Source: Myxococcota bacterium (GTDB lineage: Bacteria > Myxococcota_A > SURF-8). Taken from it: DNA of 64,000 nt. A program made the position numbers and the translations under genes. Location of the stretch: NCBI GenBank assembly GCA_965140415.1, contig OZ223209.1:5376001-5440000 (forward strand). The letters run 5' to 3'. The notes under the pieces were generated by a model, which ran no database searches, was not told the origin of the DNA, and was given only the letters and a program-made list of their open reading frames with translations. Positions within the stretch are counted from its first letter, which is position 1, and each line of letters begins with the position of its first letter. Positions 49,306 to 61,792 of the stretch are shown here, piece by piece.

Positions 49306-50223
49306 GAAGCCATCTCAAAAATAGCATAATCCCAAACATCTGATATTTCAGAACTATTCGTCTCCCAGTGTAGTCTGAGTGAAATTTTGCCCCACTATGA
49401 TATACTGTATATAATATACTTAATATCTACAGGTGCTTTCGATGGAACTGACCAACGAACAATGGAGCCTGATCGAGCCGCTGCTGCCGCCTCACAAAAG
49501 CCAACCCGGAAAACGCGGGAGACCCGCACAGGATGACCGCGCCATCATGAACGGCATCCTTTGGGTTCTGAGAACCGGCGCTCCCTGGAAGGATCTTCCA
49601 CGCAGATATCCGCCTTATCAGACAGTGCATCGACGCTTTCAAAATTGGAACGAGGCCGGTATCATGCAGAGGATTCTTCAGGAACTTGCGCGTGACCTTG
49701 AGCAACGCGGCGGAATCGACCTCTCCGAGTGCTTCATCGACGGGAGTTTTTCTTCCGCTAAAAAGGGGGGCTCAAAGTCGGGAAAACCAAGCGGGGAAAG
49801 GGCTGTAAGATCATGGCGATCGTTGACAGCGCTGGTCTTCCTGTCGCCGTATGCACAACAAGCGCTTCGCCGCACGAAGTGACCTTAGTGGAAGAAACGC
49901 TGGATGCTGTTGTAACCGAAGGCTCGCCGGAGAGGTTGATCGGAGACAAGGCGTATGACAGCGATCCACTGGATGAGAGACTTCTTGAGGAACGTGGCAT
50001 TGAAATGATTGCGCCGCACAAGGGCAACCGGAAGAAAGATAAAACCCAGGATGGTCGGGCGCTACGCCGCTATGTACGCCGTTGGAAGGTGGAAAGACTG
50101 TTTGCCTGGCTGCACAACTTCCGCAGGCTCGTGGTTCGATGGGAGTATAACGAAATCAATTATGAAGGATTTCTGCTGTTAGGATGCGCTATTATACTGC
50201 TCAGGCATTTTTGAGATGGCTTC
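49306..50223 (+). mobile_element. IS5-family element, complete
   Basis: 17-bp perfect IRs GAAGCCATCTCAAAAAT, flanking TA duplication, split transposase. Confidence 0.95.
49442..50214 (+). CDS. IS5-family transposase, -1 frameshift at A5G6 (49760-49770)
   Basis: ELTNEQW...[30 protein letters not shown]. Confidence 0.9.
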
Positions 50224-50779
50224 TACTCATTTTCTCTATTGTGATCACATTCCTATGCTTGAGTTGTGACTCGGGTGGAAGCGACGATTCTACAGATGGG
50301 GATCAATTGGCGAGCGATGGCGATTTTTCGAACATAGATGGTGACACCTCTGGCCAACAATGTCCCAACGGTTTCGTTTGGGATGATTCAGAGGAGATGT
50401 GTGTGCCAGGCACGGTTGACGGAGATGAACCACAATGTCCAGACGGCATGGTCTACGACGAAGAAAGGGACATGTGCAAACCAGGGGAGGTGGTTGATGG
50501 TGATGAGCATCAATGCCCCAGCGGCATGGTGTATGATGAAGAAAGCGGTATGTGCAAGCCAGAGTCATCAACCGATGGGGATAGCACAGTGGATGGTGAC
50601 CAATCAGTTGATGGAGACAATACTTCCTGTCAGATAACCGATTCTTGCGATGTAAAACACTGCCGAAACAATGATTCTTGGTGTTACGACAACTGCGGTG
50701 ATCCTGACCATTTAGCAGAAGATTGTGGAAACCGGGGTTGTGAAGATGGCAAATGCCAAATTGTTTGGAATGATGCCAG

Positions 50780-51187
50780 TGACCTGACCCCCTAACGAGA
50801 ATCCAGTAATGATGTTAGACTTCAGCTGGAATTCCAAGATAGGAGGCAAGGTTATGGCGAAGCGAACGAGTATCGAGAATATCATCCGGCAGTTGCGCAA
50901 AGCGGAAGTACTGCAATCCCAAGGTCAAACAGTGGCGCAATCGGTCAAGGCCATTGGCGTATCGGAGCAAACTTACTACCGTTGGCGCAAGGAGTATGGC
51001 CGATTGAATCTCGACCAGGCCAAACGCCTTCGAGAACTTGAGGACGAGAATGCCCGTCTGAAAAAGCTGGTGGCGGATCTGTCCCTGGACAAGGCGATCC
51101 TGAAGGAAGTCGCCGAGGGAAAGTTTTAAGCCCGGCCAAACGGAAAGCAGCGGTCATGCACGTGATGGCCAGCCAGCACGTTTCGGC
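50780..51187 (+). mobile_element. Truncated IS3-family element (IRL, orfA 50854-51129, start of orfB)
   Basis: Starts TGACCTGACCCCC; orfA GVSEQTYYRWRKEYG...LEDENARLKKLVADL; orfB breaks off, right end approximate. Confidence 0.85.
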
Positions 51188-51545
51188 TTTCTGCGCTGGG
51201 GCTTCAGGCACGGTATTGCCGCCATCCTGGTCGCGGGCGGAATTGAAACCAGCCGGGAGATCTGCGTTTGCCATTTGCTAAAGCAAGAGTTGGACCAAAC
51301 CAAGTCACGCCGAAATGTTGACCACTTCCCCTACTTCATTGATATTCATTGCAATCTAGCTTGTGATTTTCTATTATCGCCCTGTCACCTATCTTGGTGC
51401 CAGGAAACAGGTGAAATCCGCGAGCAGGCGAAAGTCTTCCATATCCAAAAGTGTATCAGGCGTGGTTGGAGGCGACGTTGTGTTGGTTGTAAGCCGAAAC
51501 CGATAAGGCTGTTTTATCACAAGCGCAGGGAAACCAGAGAAATTG

Positions 51546-53312
51546 ATGGCGAAAGATAACAACAAGAATGAATCAGGAGCACGGTCCTTTTCAGTGCTGC
51601 TCCTCGATTCCATCCGGAAAGCCCACGAGTGTTTTCTGGCTACCGACGATTCGGGCGAGGTCTTTAAGTTTCTGCTGGAATCTCTCATCAGCCTGACGGA
51701 CAGCGAATACGGTTTTCTGGACGAGGTGCTGCGCGACGACAAGGGCGAGTTGTACAAACTGAGCCTCGCGCTATCCGATATTTCCTGGGACGACGACTCC
51801 CGGAAGCTCTACAACGATCTCATCGCCCGCAATCTGGAGTTTCGCAACCTGAGTGGCACTCCGGCGATGTCGGGCAAGCTGGTCATCGCCAACGACGCTC
51901 CGCATGACTCTCGATCCGGAGGTTTGCCCGCCGGGCATCCTTCCATTCTGGCATATATCGGCCTCCCTCTCTATTTCGGTGGGAAACTCGTAGGTGTGGC
52001 AGGCGTCGCCAACCGGCCCGGCGGTTACGATGAGAATCTGGCGAAGGAGTTAGAGCCGTTTCTTTCGACTTGCGCCAGTATGATCCATGCCATGCGTCAG
52101 CGCGAAAAGGAAAAAGCTCATTTTAAAGAAATCGAGAACGCCAACCAGACGATGAATGCCATTTTGAGAGCTTCTCCAGAGTCTTCCTTTCTGATCGACA
52201 CGAACGGCATCGTCCTGAACGGCAACGCTGTGTTCGCCGAACGGCTTGGCCGTTCCATCGATGAGTTGCTTGGAAAGAACGTCTTCGATTATTTGCCGGA
52301 GGGCATCGCAGAGAGCCGCAGAATAGTGGTAAATGAGGTTATTGAATCCGGCAAACCGATACAATTTGAAGAAACGAGAAACGACCGGATCTTTAGACAT
52401 CATATTTTTCCTATTCGTGATCATAGAGGAACCATCTACCGTTTGGCTATTTTCGTTACGGACATCACCGAACAGAAGCGTTCTGAGCAGGCGCTTCAAG
52501 AAAGTGCAAACACCTTTCGTAGCATATTCGAAGATTCTCCCATATTGATGAGTCTAAGTTCTATAGAAGATGGTCGATACACCGATGTAAATCGCACCTT
52601 TCTGGCCTCTACCGGTTTTCATCGAGATCAGGTTATTGGAAAAACCTCAACAGAGATCGGTTTCATAAACAAAGTGGATCGTGAAGAGTTAAAAAAGAAA
52701 ATCATCGAAGAAGGAAGCATTTACAACTGGGAACTAGCATTACACAAGAAAAACGGCAATGCTATGGCTTGCCTATATTCGGCAACACTCGTGCAAGATG
52801 GAGAAGATCAGCGGATTCTTTCGCTGGCTATCGATATAACAGAAAAGAAGAACCTTGAAAAAAGTATTGAAGAGAGCCGACAACATCTAATGAATGCCAA
52901 TCTAGCCTTGGAGCAAAAGAACATCGCACTTCAAGAGTTGATGAATCAAATCCAGGAAAAACAGAACCACCTTGAGAACGACATTGAGATCAACATCGAA
53001 AAGCTGATTCGTCCACTACTTCGTCAACTGGCAGAACAATCTTCGGATACCACGGGCCCACTTATCGAATTGCTTGAAGACAATCTTGAGAAACTAACCT
53101 CATCGAAAAGCGCCAAACTTGCTGCCCGCATGCAGGGACTCAGCAAACGTGAGGTTGAAATCTGCAACTACATTCGAGCGGGAAAAACCACCAGGCAGAT
53201 TGCCCAAATTCTCCACATTTCCCCTCACAGTGTAGATAACCACCGACTAAGTATTCGAAAAAAATTAGGTGTTACCGGCAAACACATTTCGCTCAACTCC
53301 TTATTTAAATAG
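51546..53312 (+). CDS. GAF-PAS-PAS-LuxR transcriptional regulator
   Basis: GLPAGHP GAF, two PAS/PAC, LSKREVEICNYIRAGKTTRQIA HTH. Confidence 0.9.
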   Translation: MAKDNNKNESGARSFSVLLLDSIRKAHECFLATDDSGEVFKFLLESLISLTDSEYGFLDEVLRDDKGELYKLSLALSDISWDDDSRKLYNDLIARNLEFRNLSGTPAMSGKLVIANDAPHDSRSGGLPAGHPSILAYIGLPLYFGGKLVGVAGVANRPGGYDENLAKELEPFLSTCASMIHAMRQREKEKAHFKEIENANQTMNAILRASPESSFLIDTNGIVLNGNAVFAERLGRSIDELLGKNVFDYLPEGIAESRRIVVNEVIESGKPIQFEETRNDRIFRHHIFPIRDHRGTIYRLAIFVTDITEQKRSEQALQESANTFRSIFEDSPILMSLSSIEDGRYTDVNRTFLASTGFHRDQVIGKTSTEIGFINKVDREELKKKIIEEGSIYNWELALHKKNGNAMACLYSATLVQDGEDQRILSLAIDITEKKNLEKSIEESRQHLMNANLALEQKNIALQELMNQIQEKQNHLENDIEINIEKLIRPLLRQLAEQSSDTTGPLIELLEDNLEKLTSSKSAKLAARMQGLSKREVEICNYIRAGKTTRQIAQILHISPHSVDNHRLSIRKKLGVTGKHISLNSLFK

Positions 53313-53473
53313 TACCCTAATACACTGTTATACTATCTTAATACCCCCTCAAAATAATAGTTATTATGCCTAATAAAATTGTGCCTAATAAAATTGGTTG
53401 TTGATTTTTCCTGTTAAACAAGGGATTATATATAGTTTTTAGAGGGTTGCACACAGTTTGAGGGGAATATCCC

Positions 53474-56400
53474 ATGTCCAATATGGATCATGATCGTTCT
53501 GCTGAGATCCTGCAGCATCTTTCCGATGCCGCCATCTTAACCGATACCGATTATCGGGTCATCTATTGGAATCCTGGCGCAGAGGCTCTTTACGGTATTC
53601 GAGCCGACGAAGCCAAGGGGCGACCGATCGCAGATCTGATAGATGTTCTCGACAAGCCACAGGATCGGGAGAATGTTCGGCATCACGTTGTGAGCGAAGG
53701 CCGATGGCGCGGCCATGCCCGGCACAAACCCAAAGGCGGGGAACCGATCTGGGTGGACTGGTCGGTTTCAACCTTCGATCTTGAAGGTCAGGCCAAAGGC
53801 TATCTGGCGATCACCCGTGATATCACCGAACATAAGAAACAGGATGACCGCACCGAACATCTGAACGCTTCGTTGCAAGCCATCCGCAAAGTTAACCAAC
53901 TGATCACCAAGGAAAACGATCCCGAAGAATTGATCCGTAAAGCCTGTGAATGTTTGACGGAGACGCTCGGCTACTTCAATGCCTGGATTGCATGCTTCGA
54001 TGAGAAAAAACGTCTTACAACGGTAAAAGAATCGGGGGTGGGCGATCATTTCGCCCCCCTGTTGGACGAGATGCAACAAGGAAAGCTCACCCGGTGCGCC
54101 AAACGTGTGATGGATGGCGGCATGGTGGTGGTGGATGACCCCCACGTCGAATGTGAGGATTGCCCGCTTTCCAAAATGTATTCGGGGCGCTCAGCATACA
54201 GTGCCGGATTGCGCAGAAACGGAAGTTTCTATGGAATGTTGTCTGTTTCCATACCCGCCGCATATGCTGAAGATGAGGAGGAGAAAGCGCTTTTTCAGGA
54301 GGTCGCGGATGATCTGAGCTTCGCGCTCTATCGCCTGGAAATGGAAGCGGAAAGAAACCTCAAACAAAAACAGTTGAAAGAGGCGACGCAGGTAATCGAG
54401 GGTAGCCCCCTTGTTCTTTTCCACTGGCGAAATGAAGAGGGCTGGCCGGTTGAATTTGTGAGCGCAAATATCGAACGCATTTTCGGGTACGCCCCCGAAC
54501 GTTTTTTGTCAGGAGAACTTCCTTATTCTGACATAATTCATCCGGACGATTTGGATAGGGTTACGAATGAGGTCGCCCGATATGTCGGTGACAAAACCGT
54601 CAGCGAATTCACGCATGAATCGTACCGAATTATTAATGCGAAAGGGGAAATTCTCTATTTGCACGATCGTACATACATTGATCGTGATGAAGACGGCCAT
54701 GCGAAGCATTTTCGCGGTGTGATTCTCGATGTCACCGAGGAGAAGCGGCTTGAATCACATTACAAAGCATTGGTTGAAAACAGTGTTGATTGCATCAAGC
54801 TGCTTGACCTCGAAGGGCATCTGGAATTTATGAGTCTGGGTGGCCAGAAACTGTTGGAAATCGACGATGTCCAGTCGTTCTATGGACAATCGTGGATTGA
54901 ATTCTGGAAAGAGGAAGATCAGGCAAGGATTCGCCAAGTGGTAGCGATGGCGGCGCAAGGAGAAATCGGTTCATTCGAGGCCTATTGCCCGACGGTTACG
55001 GGAAAACAAAAATGGTGGCATGTTATTGTTTCTCCAATTGTCGATTCCGATTCAAGAGTAATAAAATTGCTGTCGGTCAGTCGGGATATCACCGCGCAAA
55101 AACAGACGGAATCCGAATTGCATAGCCAGTACGAAATGATGCGCAGCATCACGACCGCCAGCCCGATCGGAATCAGTGTTGTAGGTACCGATGGACGAAT
55201 CAGCTTCTCAAATGAATCAGCGGAAAAGCTTTTACATCTTACCCAAGACGAAATATCGAAAAGAAGCTATAATGATCCAAAATGGAAAATCTGCACCATT
55301 GATGGGGGGCACTTCCCGGAGGAAGACCTTCCCTTCAACCGAGTTATGCAGGCGGGTGAAGCTGTGTTCGATGTTCAGCATGGGATCGAAACGCCCGATG
55401 GCCAGAGAATGATTCTGTCAATTAACGCCGCACCAATGAAGGATCAGGCCGGGGATATCACAGGCATGGTCGCCTTCATGACCGACATCACCGAGCAATT
55501 GGCGAAGGATAAACAAATACAGGAAAGTGAAGCCCGCTATCGTTCACTTTTTGAGCAAGCGTCGGAACCGATTGTCGTGGTTTCTCAAGACGGAACGATT
55601 CTTGACCATAATCAACAAAAAAGCCCCTTGGGGTTTGAACGTGAGGAGATGATCGGACGAAAGTTCTTTGAATTGGGCGTTGAAGGAATTGACCAGCTTC
55701 AAGACAGATTTCGCAATGTCATCGACGGAGACACGGAGCCTTTTGACGTTGAGCTTGGAACGAAAACAGGTGAAAAGATCTGGTTGGAGATCTATCCTTC
55801 TGCTGTAAGAGAAGGTAATCAAATCACACTGCGGTTCTCCATTCGAGATATCACACAAAGTAAACGTGTGGATGAACGTATCCAAAAAGCCATGGATCAA
55901 GCCAATACCAGAACGCACGAGTTGGAATCCCTGCTTGAAAGCGCAAAGGTCGTGCTCGAAAATGACGAATTTCCAACAACCGCCCGGAAAATTTTCGATG
56001 CGACACGGAAGATGACCGGAGCTCAATCCGGATATGTCGCTCTTTTAAGCGATGATGGGCACGAGAACGAAGTCCTGTTCCTGGAATCGGGCGGTCTGCC
56101 TTGCACGGTTGATCCCAATCTGCCCATGCCCGTTCGTGGTTTGCGGGCGGAAGCCTACAAATCGGGTCAAGTTGCCTGTCACAACGATTTCATGAACAGC
56201 AAATGGGCAAAGTTCATGCCCGGCGGACATGTTGATCTCAGAAATGTCATGTTTTCGCCTTTGAATATCGAAGGGAAAACAGTCGGGATCATGGGACTTG
56301 CCAACAAAGATGGAGATTTCACAGAGGATGATCAGCGAATCGCCGCAGCTTTCGGACAGCTTGCGGCGATGGCATTACAAAACAGTCGGCATCTGGACCA

Positions 56401-58354
56401 ACTCACTGAGAACGAGCAAGAGTTACGTCAATTGGAGAAACGTTCCAGCGCCCTGGTCGATCATTCACCTGTGTGTCATAAAATCGTGGATCTTGATTTT
56501 AACCTCCAGTACATGAGTGCAAACGGTTTCCGGATGCTGAAAATGGAGCAGAACGACGAATATTACGGCAAACCATATCCGTTTGACTTCTTTCCAGAGT
56601 CAAGCCGCGAGGAGTTGAGCGCCAGTCTTTTAGAAGCCAGAGATACAAAGAAGGTTAAAACCCTGGAGTCATTAGCAAGCGATGCAGAGGGGAACGCCGT
56701 TTGGCTGCATCATAGCATAATTCCTGTCTTCAATGACGACGGTTTCATCCACTACATCACGGCAGTCTCGGCGGACATTACCGAGCGCAAGCAAATGGAA
56801 GAACAGATACTCGACCAGCGGCGTGAACTTGAACTGGTTGTGAATGCGACGTCGGATGCCATCTGGAGTTGGGATTTCCGAAACAATCAACTGACCTTCA
56901 GCCCCAGCTATTACACCATGCTCGGTTATGAACCGGATGAGTTTCCGGCGGATTATGAAAACTGGGTGAAGCGAATCCATCCGGACGATCTGGATCAGGC
57001 TCTTGCCGTGGCGAATGAATATCTGCAAACGAAACCCGACGATTATCATAATGAATTCAGAATGCTGACCAAAGATGGCTCGTATCGATGGATCATGACC
57101 TTTGCCAAAGTTGTGGAGCGTGATGAGAACGGTGAAGCCGTTCGCTTGATCGGTAACCATCAGGATATCACTGAGCGCAAGGATATAGAAGAAAAGAAAA
57201 AAGCGGTGGAAGAGCAATTTCATCAGGCTCAGAAAATGGAATCCGTCGGACGCCTTGCAGGTGGCGTCGCGCACGATTTCAACAACCTTCTTACAGGCAT
57301 CACGGGCAATGTGTCCCTGGCGCTGATGGATCTTCCCGAAGGCGATCCGTTGCGTGAAACCCTGGAGGAAATCAATCAGGCCGCGGATAGCGCAGCAACG
57401 CTAACTCGACAGCTTTTGGCCTTTTCCAGAAAGCAGTTGATTGCGCCAAAGGTCGTGAATCTTAATCAGCTTATCGACCGTTCTTATAAAATGCTGCGTC
57501 GCCTTATCGGCGAGGATATTGATCTGGTTTTTCGGCCCGAGCAAAAGCTTAGACAAACCAAAGTCGATCCGGGGCAACTGGAGCAGGTTCTCGTCAATCT
57601 GGCGGTCAATGCCAGAGACGCCATGCCTGATGGCGGTAAGCTGACCTTGGAGACCGAAAATGTAACGCTGGACGACTCGTACTGCAGGTTGCACGCGCAC
57701 GCCTTACCTGGTGAGTATGTAATGATAGCCGTTTCCGATAACGGTATCGGTATGGATGAAAAGGTTCGGGAACATCTGTTCGAGCCGTTTTTCACGACAA
57801 AACCCAAAGACAAAGGTACGGGTCTCGGCCTGGCAACCGTCTATGGAACGATCAAACAGAGCGGGGGCAATATCGAAGTCTATTCCGAACCGGGCGAAGG
57901 GACGACTTTTAAGGTATATTTCCCGACAGTCGAAGCGGAAGCGGAGACCATTGACAGACCGGCGATGTGGGACGATTTGCCGAATGGTACGGAAACCGTT
58001 CTCGTCGTCGAAGACGAGCGCATGGTGCGGAATATAGCGGTGAAGATTCTTACGCGCCAAGGCTACACGGTCATTGCAGCGGAAGACGGTCCCACTGCCC
58101 TACAAATGGCCGAAAACCCGGAATCCAACATCGACCTTCTCATGACCGATATCATTATGCCCGGTATGAACGGTCGCGAACTGTCAATTAAGCTTGAATC
58201 CAAGATACCAAACTTGAAAACACTCTATACCTCCGGATACACCGAAAACGCCATAGCCCATCACGGTGTGCTGGATGAAGGCGTCAACTTCATCGGCAAG
58301 CCCTATACCCCGCAGGCGCTGGCCAAGAAATTGCGGGAAGTGCTGGATGGGTAG
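53474..58354 (+). CDS. Multi-PAS/GAF hybrid sensor histidine kinase
   Basis: AHDFNN H-box, NARDAM, GTGLGL, C-terminal receiver (LMTDIIMP). Confidence 0.95.
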   Translation: MSNMDHDRSAEILQHLSDAAILTDTDYRVIYWNPGAEALYGIRADEAKGRPIADLIDVLDKPQDRENVRHHVVSEGRWRGHARHKPKGGEPIWVDWSVSTFDLEGQAKGYLAITRDITEHKKQDDRTEHLNASLQAIRKVNQLITKENDPEELIRKACECLTETLGYFNAWIACFDEKKRLTTVKESGVGDHFAPLLDEMQQGKLTRCAKRVMDGGMVVVDDPHVECEDCPLSKMYSGRSAYSAGLRRNGSFYGMLSVSIPAAYAEDEEEKALFQEVADDLSFALYRLEMEAERNLKQKQLKEATQVIEGSPLVLFHWRNEEGWPVEFVSANIERIFGYAPERFLSGELPYSDIIHPDDLDRVTNEVARYVGDKTVSEFTHESYRIINAKGEILYLHDRTYIDRDEDGHAKHFRGVILDVTEEKRLESHYKALVENSVDCIKLLDLEGHLEFMSLGGQKLLEIDDVQSFYGQSWIEFWKEEDQARIRQVVAMAAQGEIGSFEAYCPTVTGKQKWWHVIVSPIVDSDSRVIKLLSVSRDITAQKQTESELHSQYEMMRSITTASPIGISVVGTDGRISFSNESAEKLLHLTQDEISKRSYNDPKWKICTIDGGHFPEEDLPFNRVMQAGEAVFDVQHGIETPDGQRMILSINAAPMKDQAGDITGMVAFMTDITEQLAKDKQIQESEARYRSLFEQASEPIVVVSQDGTILDHNQQKSPLGFEREEMIGRKFFELGVEGIDQLQDRFRNVIDGDTEPFDVELGTKTGEKIWLEIYPSAVREGNQITLRFSIRDITQSKRVDERIQKAMDQANTRTHELESLLESAKVVLENDEFPTTARKIFDATRKMTGAQSGYVALLSDDGHENEVLFLESGGLPCTVDPNLPMPVRGLRAEAYKSGQVACHNDFMNSKWAKFMPGGHVDLRNVMFSPLNIEGKTVGIMGLANKDGDFTEDDQRIAAAFGQLAAMALQNSRHLDQLTENEQELRQLEKRSSALVDHSPVCHKIVDLDFNLQYMSANGFRMLKMEQNDEYYGKPYPFDFFPESSREELSASLLEARDTKKVKTLESLASDAEGNAVWLHHSIIPVFNDDGFIHYITAVSADITERKQMEEQILDQRRELELVVNATSDAIWSWDFRNNQLTFSPSYYTMLGYEPDEFPADYENWVKRIHPDDLDQALAVANEYLQTKPDDYHNEFRMLTKDGSYRWIMTFAKVVERDENGEAVRLIGNHQDITERKDIEEKKKAVEEQFHQAQKMESVGRLAGGVAHDFNNLLTGITGNVSLALMDLPEGDPLRETLEEINQAADSAATLTRQLLAFSRKQLIAPKVVNLNQLIDRSYKMLRRLIGEDIDLVFRPEQKLRQTKVDPGQLEQVLVNLAVNARDAMPDGGKLTLETENVTLDDSYCRLHAHALPGEYVMIAVSDNGIGMDEKVREHLFEPFFTTKPKDKGTGLGLATVYGTIKQSGGNIEVYSEPGEGTTFKVYFPTVEAEAETIDRPAMWDDLPNGTETVLVVEDERMVRNIAVKILTRQGYTVIAAEDGPTALQMAENPESNIDLLMTDIIMPGMNGRELSIKLESKIPNLKTLYTSGYTENAIAHHGVLDEGVNFIGKPYTPQALAKKLREVLDG

Positions 58355-58379
58355 TTATAATAGTCTTTATTGTCGATGA

Positions 58380-59090
58380 ATGCTTGGAATCATGAAAAAT
58401 CGAGATCAAAAAGGAAATCCTGAATTGGGAGAACTATCGAGAAGTGTTTTGGATATCGGCCATGACTTGAACAACAAGCTTGCGGCCATGGTCGGCAGTC
58501 TTGAGGTGCTTCGTTTGGATCAGGATATCGAGAATCGTGATGCAGTTGAGGAAATATTATCCGTAGGCCGGAACGCCAGACAGCTTGTTACCAAACTGAT
58601 GGAGCTTGCTCGCGATAATTCGACTGAAAACCGAGATGCTAGATTACGAAGCAAGCCTATGGAAGTACAACCAGCCCAGGCAACTGACCGATACTTGAAT
58701 TTGGAGGATTGTCCCAGGGGCACGGAAAAAATCCTACTCGTGGATGACGATATTTCCTTTCTGCGGGCACAGAGTAAACAGCTTCTCAGACTTGGATATC
58801 ATGTAACAATCAGCCAAAATGGACAGGATGCATTTGAAAAATTATCAGCAGATCCGGAACGATATGCCCTTGTTATTACGGATCAGGCAATGCCTGAAAT
58901 GACGGGTCTGGAATTGGCGGAAAAAGTCGCAAATGTGAATTCTTCACAGAAAATGATGATGTTGACAGGAATGACTCCTTCCGAACTTTATGACAGATTT
59001 CATGATGCAGGATTCAGAAGAATCCTTCAAAAACCTATTGATATAGTTGAATTAACTAAACAAATTCGAGCCGAGCTTGACGACCGATGA
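58380..59090 (+). CDS. HisKA-like + receiver protein lacking an ATPase domain
   Basis: GHDLNNKL followed directly by ILLVDDD...ITDQAMP...KP. Confidence 0.8.
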   Translation: MLGIMKNRDQKGNPELGELSRSVLDIGHDLNNKLAAMVGSLEVLRLDQDIENRDAVEEILSVGRNARQLVTKLMELARDNSTENRDARLRSKPMEVQPAQATDRYLNLEDCPRGTEKILLVDDDISFLRAQSKQLLRLGYHVTISQNGQDAFEKLSADPERYALVITDQAMPEMTGLELAEKVANVNSSQKMMMLTGMTPSELYDRFHDAGFRRILQKPIDIVELTKQIRAELDDR

Positions 59091-59106
59091 TCGTAGGAAA
59101 ACACAG

Positions 59107-60504
59107 ATGAGTGATGTCCTGATAATCGATGATGATGCTGACTATTGTGGCATGCTGGCTGAAATCATTCAACAGGCCGGACATGGTGTTTCTATTGCGT
59201 ATTCAGGCAAAGATGGCCTGAGTAAAGCGATTGAGGATGAATATGATGTCGTCTTTCTCGACATCAAACTGCCCGATGGATCCGGACTGGACATCCTTCC
59301 TAGTATTCAGCAGGCGGCTAATGCCGCCGAGGTCATTATCATTTCGGGATATGGAGACGAGCAAAGCGCTAAAATAGCCATTACCAGTGGAGCATGGGAC
59401 TTTATAGGAAAACAGAGTTCAAGCCAAACAATACTGCTTTCTTTAAAACGTGCTTTGCAATACCGACAAAGCAAACGAAAAACAGAACAAAAAGCGGCCT
59501 TTCATGCTCCGGACATTATCGGTGGTTCTGCACCTTTGAAAGCCAGTTTAGAATTCGCCGCACAGGCTTCGCACGGTGATGTAAGCACATTGATCACAGG
59601 TGAAACAGGAACCGGTAAAGAGCTTTTCGCAAGATGCATCCATGAAAACAGCGAAAGAAATGACAAACCTTTCGTTGTTGTCGATTGTGCTTCTCTGCCA
59701 GAAAGTCTTGTAGGAAGTATTCTTTTTGGGCATGAAAAGGGAGCCTTTACCGGAGCCGAGAATCGAAAAGCCGGTTTGATCAAACAGGCGGATGGAGGAA
59801 CGCTCTTTCTCGATGAAATCGGCGAGATGCCGCTCGACCTACAGAAATCCTTTTTGCGCGTAATTCAGGAACACCGTTTCCGACCCATCGGTTCACAAGA
59901 AGAAATCGGCAGCAATTTCAGGTTAATATCCGCTACGAATAGAAATCTGGATGAACTGTCACAGAGGGGAGCCTTTCGCTCTGATTTGCTGTTTCGAATT
60001 AGAGCTTTAACGGTTGCGCTACCACCGTTACGCATTCGAATGGAAGATCTAAAACTTCTTGTCTGTCATTTTGTTTCTACGGAATGTCGCCTTCGAGGCA
60101 AAGAGATAAAGGGGACTTCGGAATGCTTTCATGAAGCATTGGAACTATACCAATGGCCAGGCAATATTCGCGAACTCTACAACGCCATATCTGGAGCGGT
60201 GGCGATAGCGGAGTCGGAGCCTGTACTTTATGCCAAGCATCTACCCAGTAATATCAGGGTTTCTGTCGTTCAGGCTTCTGTTTTTAGTAATGAAGGTTCG
60301 CCATTCGAACAACCACATTTCGAGAAAACCGAATCAAACAACCTGGGCACGATTAAGGAAGAAAGAGAGCATTTTGAATTTTGGTACATGACTAGGCTTA
60401 TTAAAGTGTCCAATGGCAAAATCGAAACAGCTTGTGCTCTTTCCGGTTTATCTCGCACCCATGTTTATGCGATGCTTAAGAAGTACAACCTCAACCTGAA
60501 GTAG
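59107..60504 (+). CDS. Sigma54-dependent response regulator (NtrC family)
   Basis: REC, GETGTGKE, GAFTGA, FLDEIGE, WPGNIREL, Fis-type HTH. Confidence 0.95.
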   Translation: MSDVLIIDDDADYCGMLAEIIQQAGHGVSIAYSGKDGLSKAIEDEYDVVFLDIKLPDGSGLDILPSIQQAANAAEVIIISGYGDEQSAKIAITSGAWDFIGKQSSSQTILLSLKRALQYRQSKRKTEQKAAFHAPDIIGGSAPLKASLEFAAQASHGDVSTLITGETGTGKELFARCIHENSERNDKPFVVVDCASLPESLVGSILFGHEKGAFTGAENRKAGLIKQADGGTLFLDEIGEMPLDLQKSFLRVIQEHRFRPIGSQEEIGSNFRLISATNRNLDELSQRGAFRSDLLFRIRALTVALPPLRIRMEDLKLLVCHFVSTECRLRGKEIKGTSECFHEALELYQWPGNIRELYNAISGAVAIAESEPVLYAKHLPSNIRVSVVQASVFSNEGSPFEQPHFEKTESNNLGTIKEEREHFEFWYMTRLIKVSNGKIETACALSGLSRTHVYAMLKKYNLNLK

Positions 60505-60539
60505 GTCATTCACCCTAAATCCCGATCCATCATAGATTC

Positions 60540-61045
60540 CCCCGGGCAAGCCCGGGGTTCTTACCGTTACAGCTTCATGCGAAGCTGACCTGAATCCTGG
60601 CGTCCCTGGTGTTCCACATAGTTCTTAATCGTGTCTTCGTCGATGCCTACACTGCTGACAAAGTATCCCGGCGACCAGACAATGTTTTCTTTCCAATACA
60701 CCTTTGATAACCATTTGAAAGTCTTGCGCATATGGGACGACGATTGGCTCTTCAATCTGCTCATCACCTCGGCAATGCTGTATTTCGGAGGAATTACCAT
60801 CACCATGTGCAAATGATCCTGATCAAAGCCAATCGTCTCGATCATAACGCCGGGCATACTTCGCAGCAACTTCGGCAGAACGTTGCGCAAATAACCGCAG
60901 ACGTCAGGCTTCAGGATCCGGCGGCGGTATTTGCAGGCCCACACAACATGGTATTGGAGGCAATAGACACTGTGCGCTGTTTTGATGCATTCCATATCTC
61001 CATTATACCACCGCCGGGCTCATTCATCCACAGGCAAGCCCGTGG
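60540..61045 (-). mobile_element. IS200-like element
   Basis: Subterminal hairpins ccccgggc-aa-gcccgggg (60540-60557) and ccacaggc-aa-gcccgtgg (61028-61045). Confidence 0.85.
60567..60995 (-). CDS. tnpA: IS200/IS605 Y1 transposase
   Basis: YHVVWACKYRR, HLH (HUH), WSPGYF, YVEHQ. Confidence 0.95.
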   Translation of the reverse strand: MECIKTAHSVYCLQYHVVWACKYRRRILKPDVCGYLRNVLPKLLRSMPGVMIETIGFDQDHLHMVMVIPPKYSIAEVMSRLKSQSSSHMRKTFKWLSKVYWKENIVWSPGYFVSSVGIDEDTIKNYVEHQGRQDSGQLRMKL

Positions 61046-61109
61046 TATTCTGTCAAGGACCGCATAAAGATCCTGTTTTTCCTACATTCAAGTCTTGCTT
61101 ATCGAACGA

Positions 61110-61125
61110 GTCCGAAATATCGGAC
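61110..61125. promoter_or_regulatory. Palindromic putative enhancer (UAS)
   Basis: GTCCGA-AATA-TCGGAC about 110 bp upstream of the sigma54 motif. Confidence 0.6.
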
Positions 61126-61233
61126 AGATTTTTCGTACAGCACCTGAGCAAAAGCTTTCCACCCACAAGTTGCCATCATAATAACCACTGCATATTCATG
61201 GTGTTACTCTGATCACACTCGGATTGGGGAAGT

Positions 61234-61249
61234 TGGCAACATACTTGCA
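61234..61249 (+). promoter_or_regulatory. Sigma54 -24/-12 promoter
   Basis: TGGCAACATACTTGCA (GG-N10-GC). Confidence 0.75.
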
Positions 61250-61302
61250 ATTACAACATGCTAGCAAGTTTAAATGAATTGAATCGAGGGTAGAGGCCGC
61301 CA

Positions 61303-61671
61303 ATGAAGCTGTTGGTTTGGAACGAGAATCAAGAGAAGTATAAAGATCAGATACGTCATCTGATGTTGCAGCTTGGATTCGTGCAAGTGATACAAGTAGA
61401 TAATCTACAGGAATTTCATAAACAACTGCTTCAATTCCGTTCGGAGATAGAAATTATTCTGATCGCTCCAGCTTCAAAAAGCAGTCTTGAACAATTAATG
61501 GATATCCAGGAGCTTCTTGATGGGATTCGTTTAGTTGTTGCGCTACCCGATACCGCAACCGAAAGCTTAAATCTGGCATTGAAACTCTTCCCCAGGTACG
61601 TCTCTCAAGATGGTGATCCTCCGGGAAATATTGAATTGGTGCTATTGAACATGCTGCAACGAAAGTCATAG
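61303..61671 (+). CDS. Small degenerate receiver-like hypothetical protein
   Basis: 122 aa alpha/beta pattern, RBS gagg. Confidence 0.6.
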   Translation: MKLLVWNENQEKYKDQIRHLMLQLGFVQVIQVDNLQEFHKQLLQFRSEIEIILIAPASKSSLEQLMDIQELLDGIRLVVALPDTATESLNLALKLFPRYVSQDGDPPGNIELVLLNMLQRKS

Positions 61672-61792
61672 AGATGAATCAAAGGCGAGATGGTGAAGAA
61701 AGCACAAAATATACCCGCTGTTGATAACCACATATGTAGAGGACAGGCAGCGGAACAAAGACGTTGACCCTAAGACAGCAGAGGAAATGAAC

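Larger units (their letters stand above)
49282..50779 (+). pseudogene. DGD/Cys-rich lipoprotein interrupted by IS5 and truncated by IS3
   Basis: Removing the IS and one TA restores MNRPKTFLLIFSIVITFLCLSCD. Confidence 0.85.

Noticed and set aside
60540-61045. TnpB/omega-RNA system
   Set aside because: Only tnpA lies between the two end hairpins.
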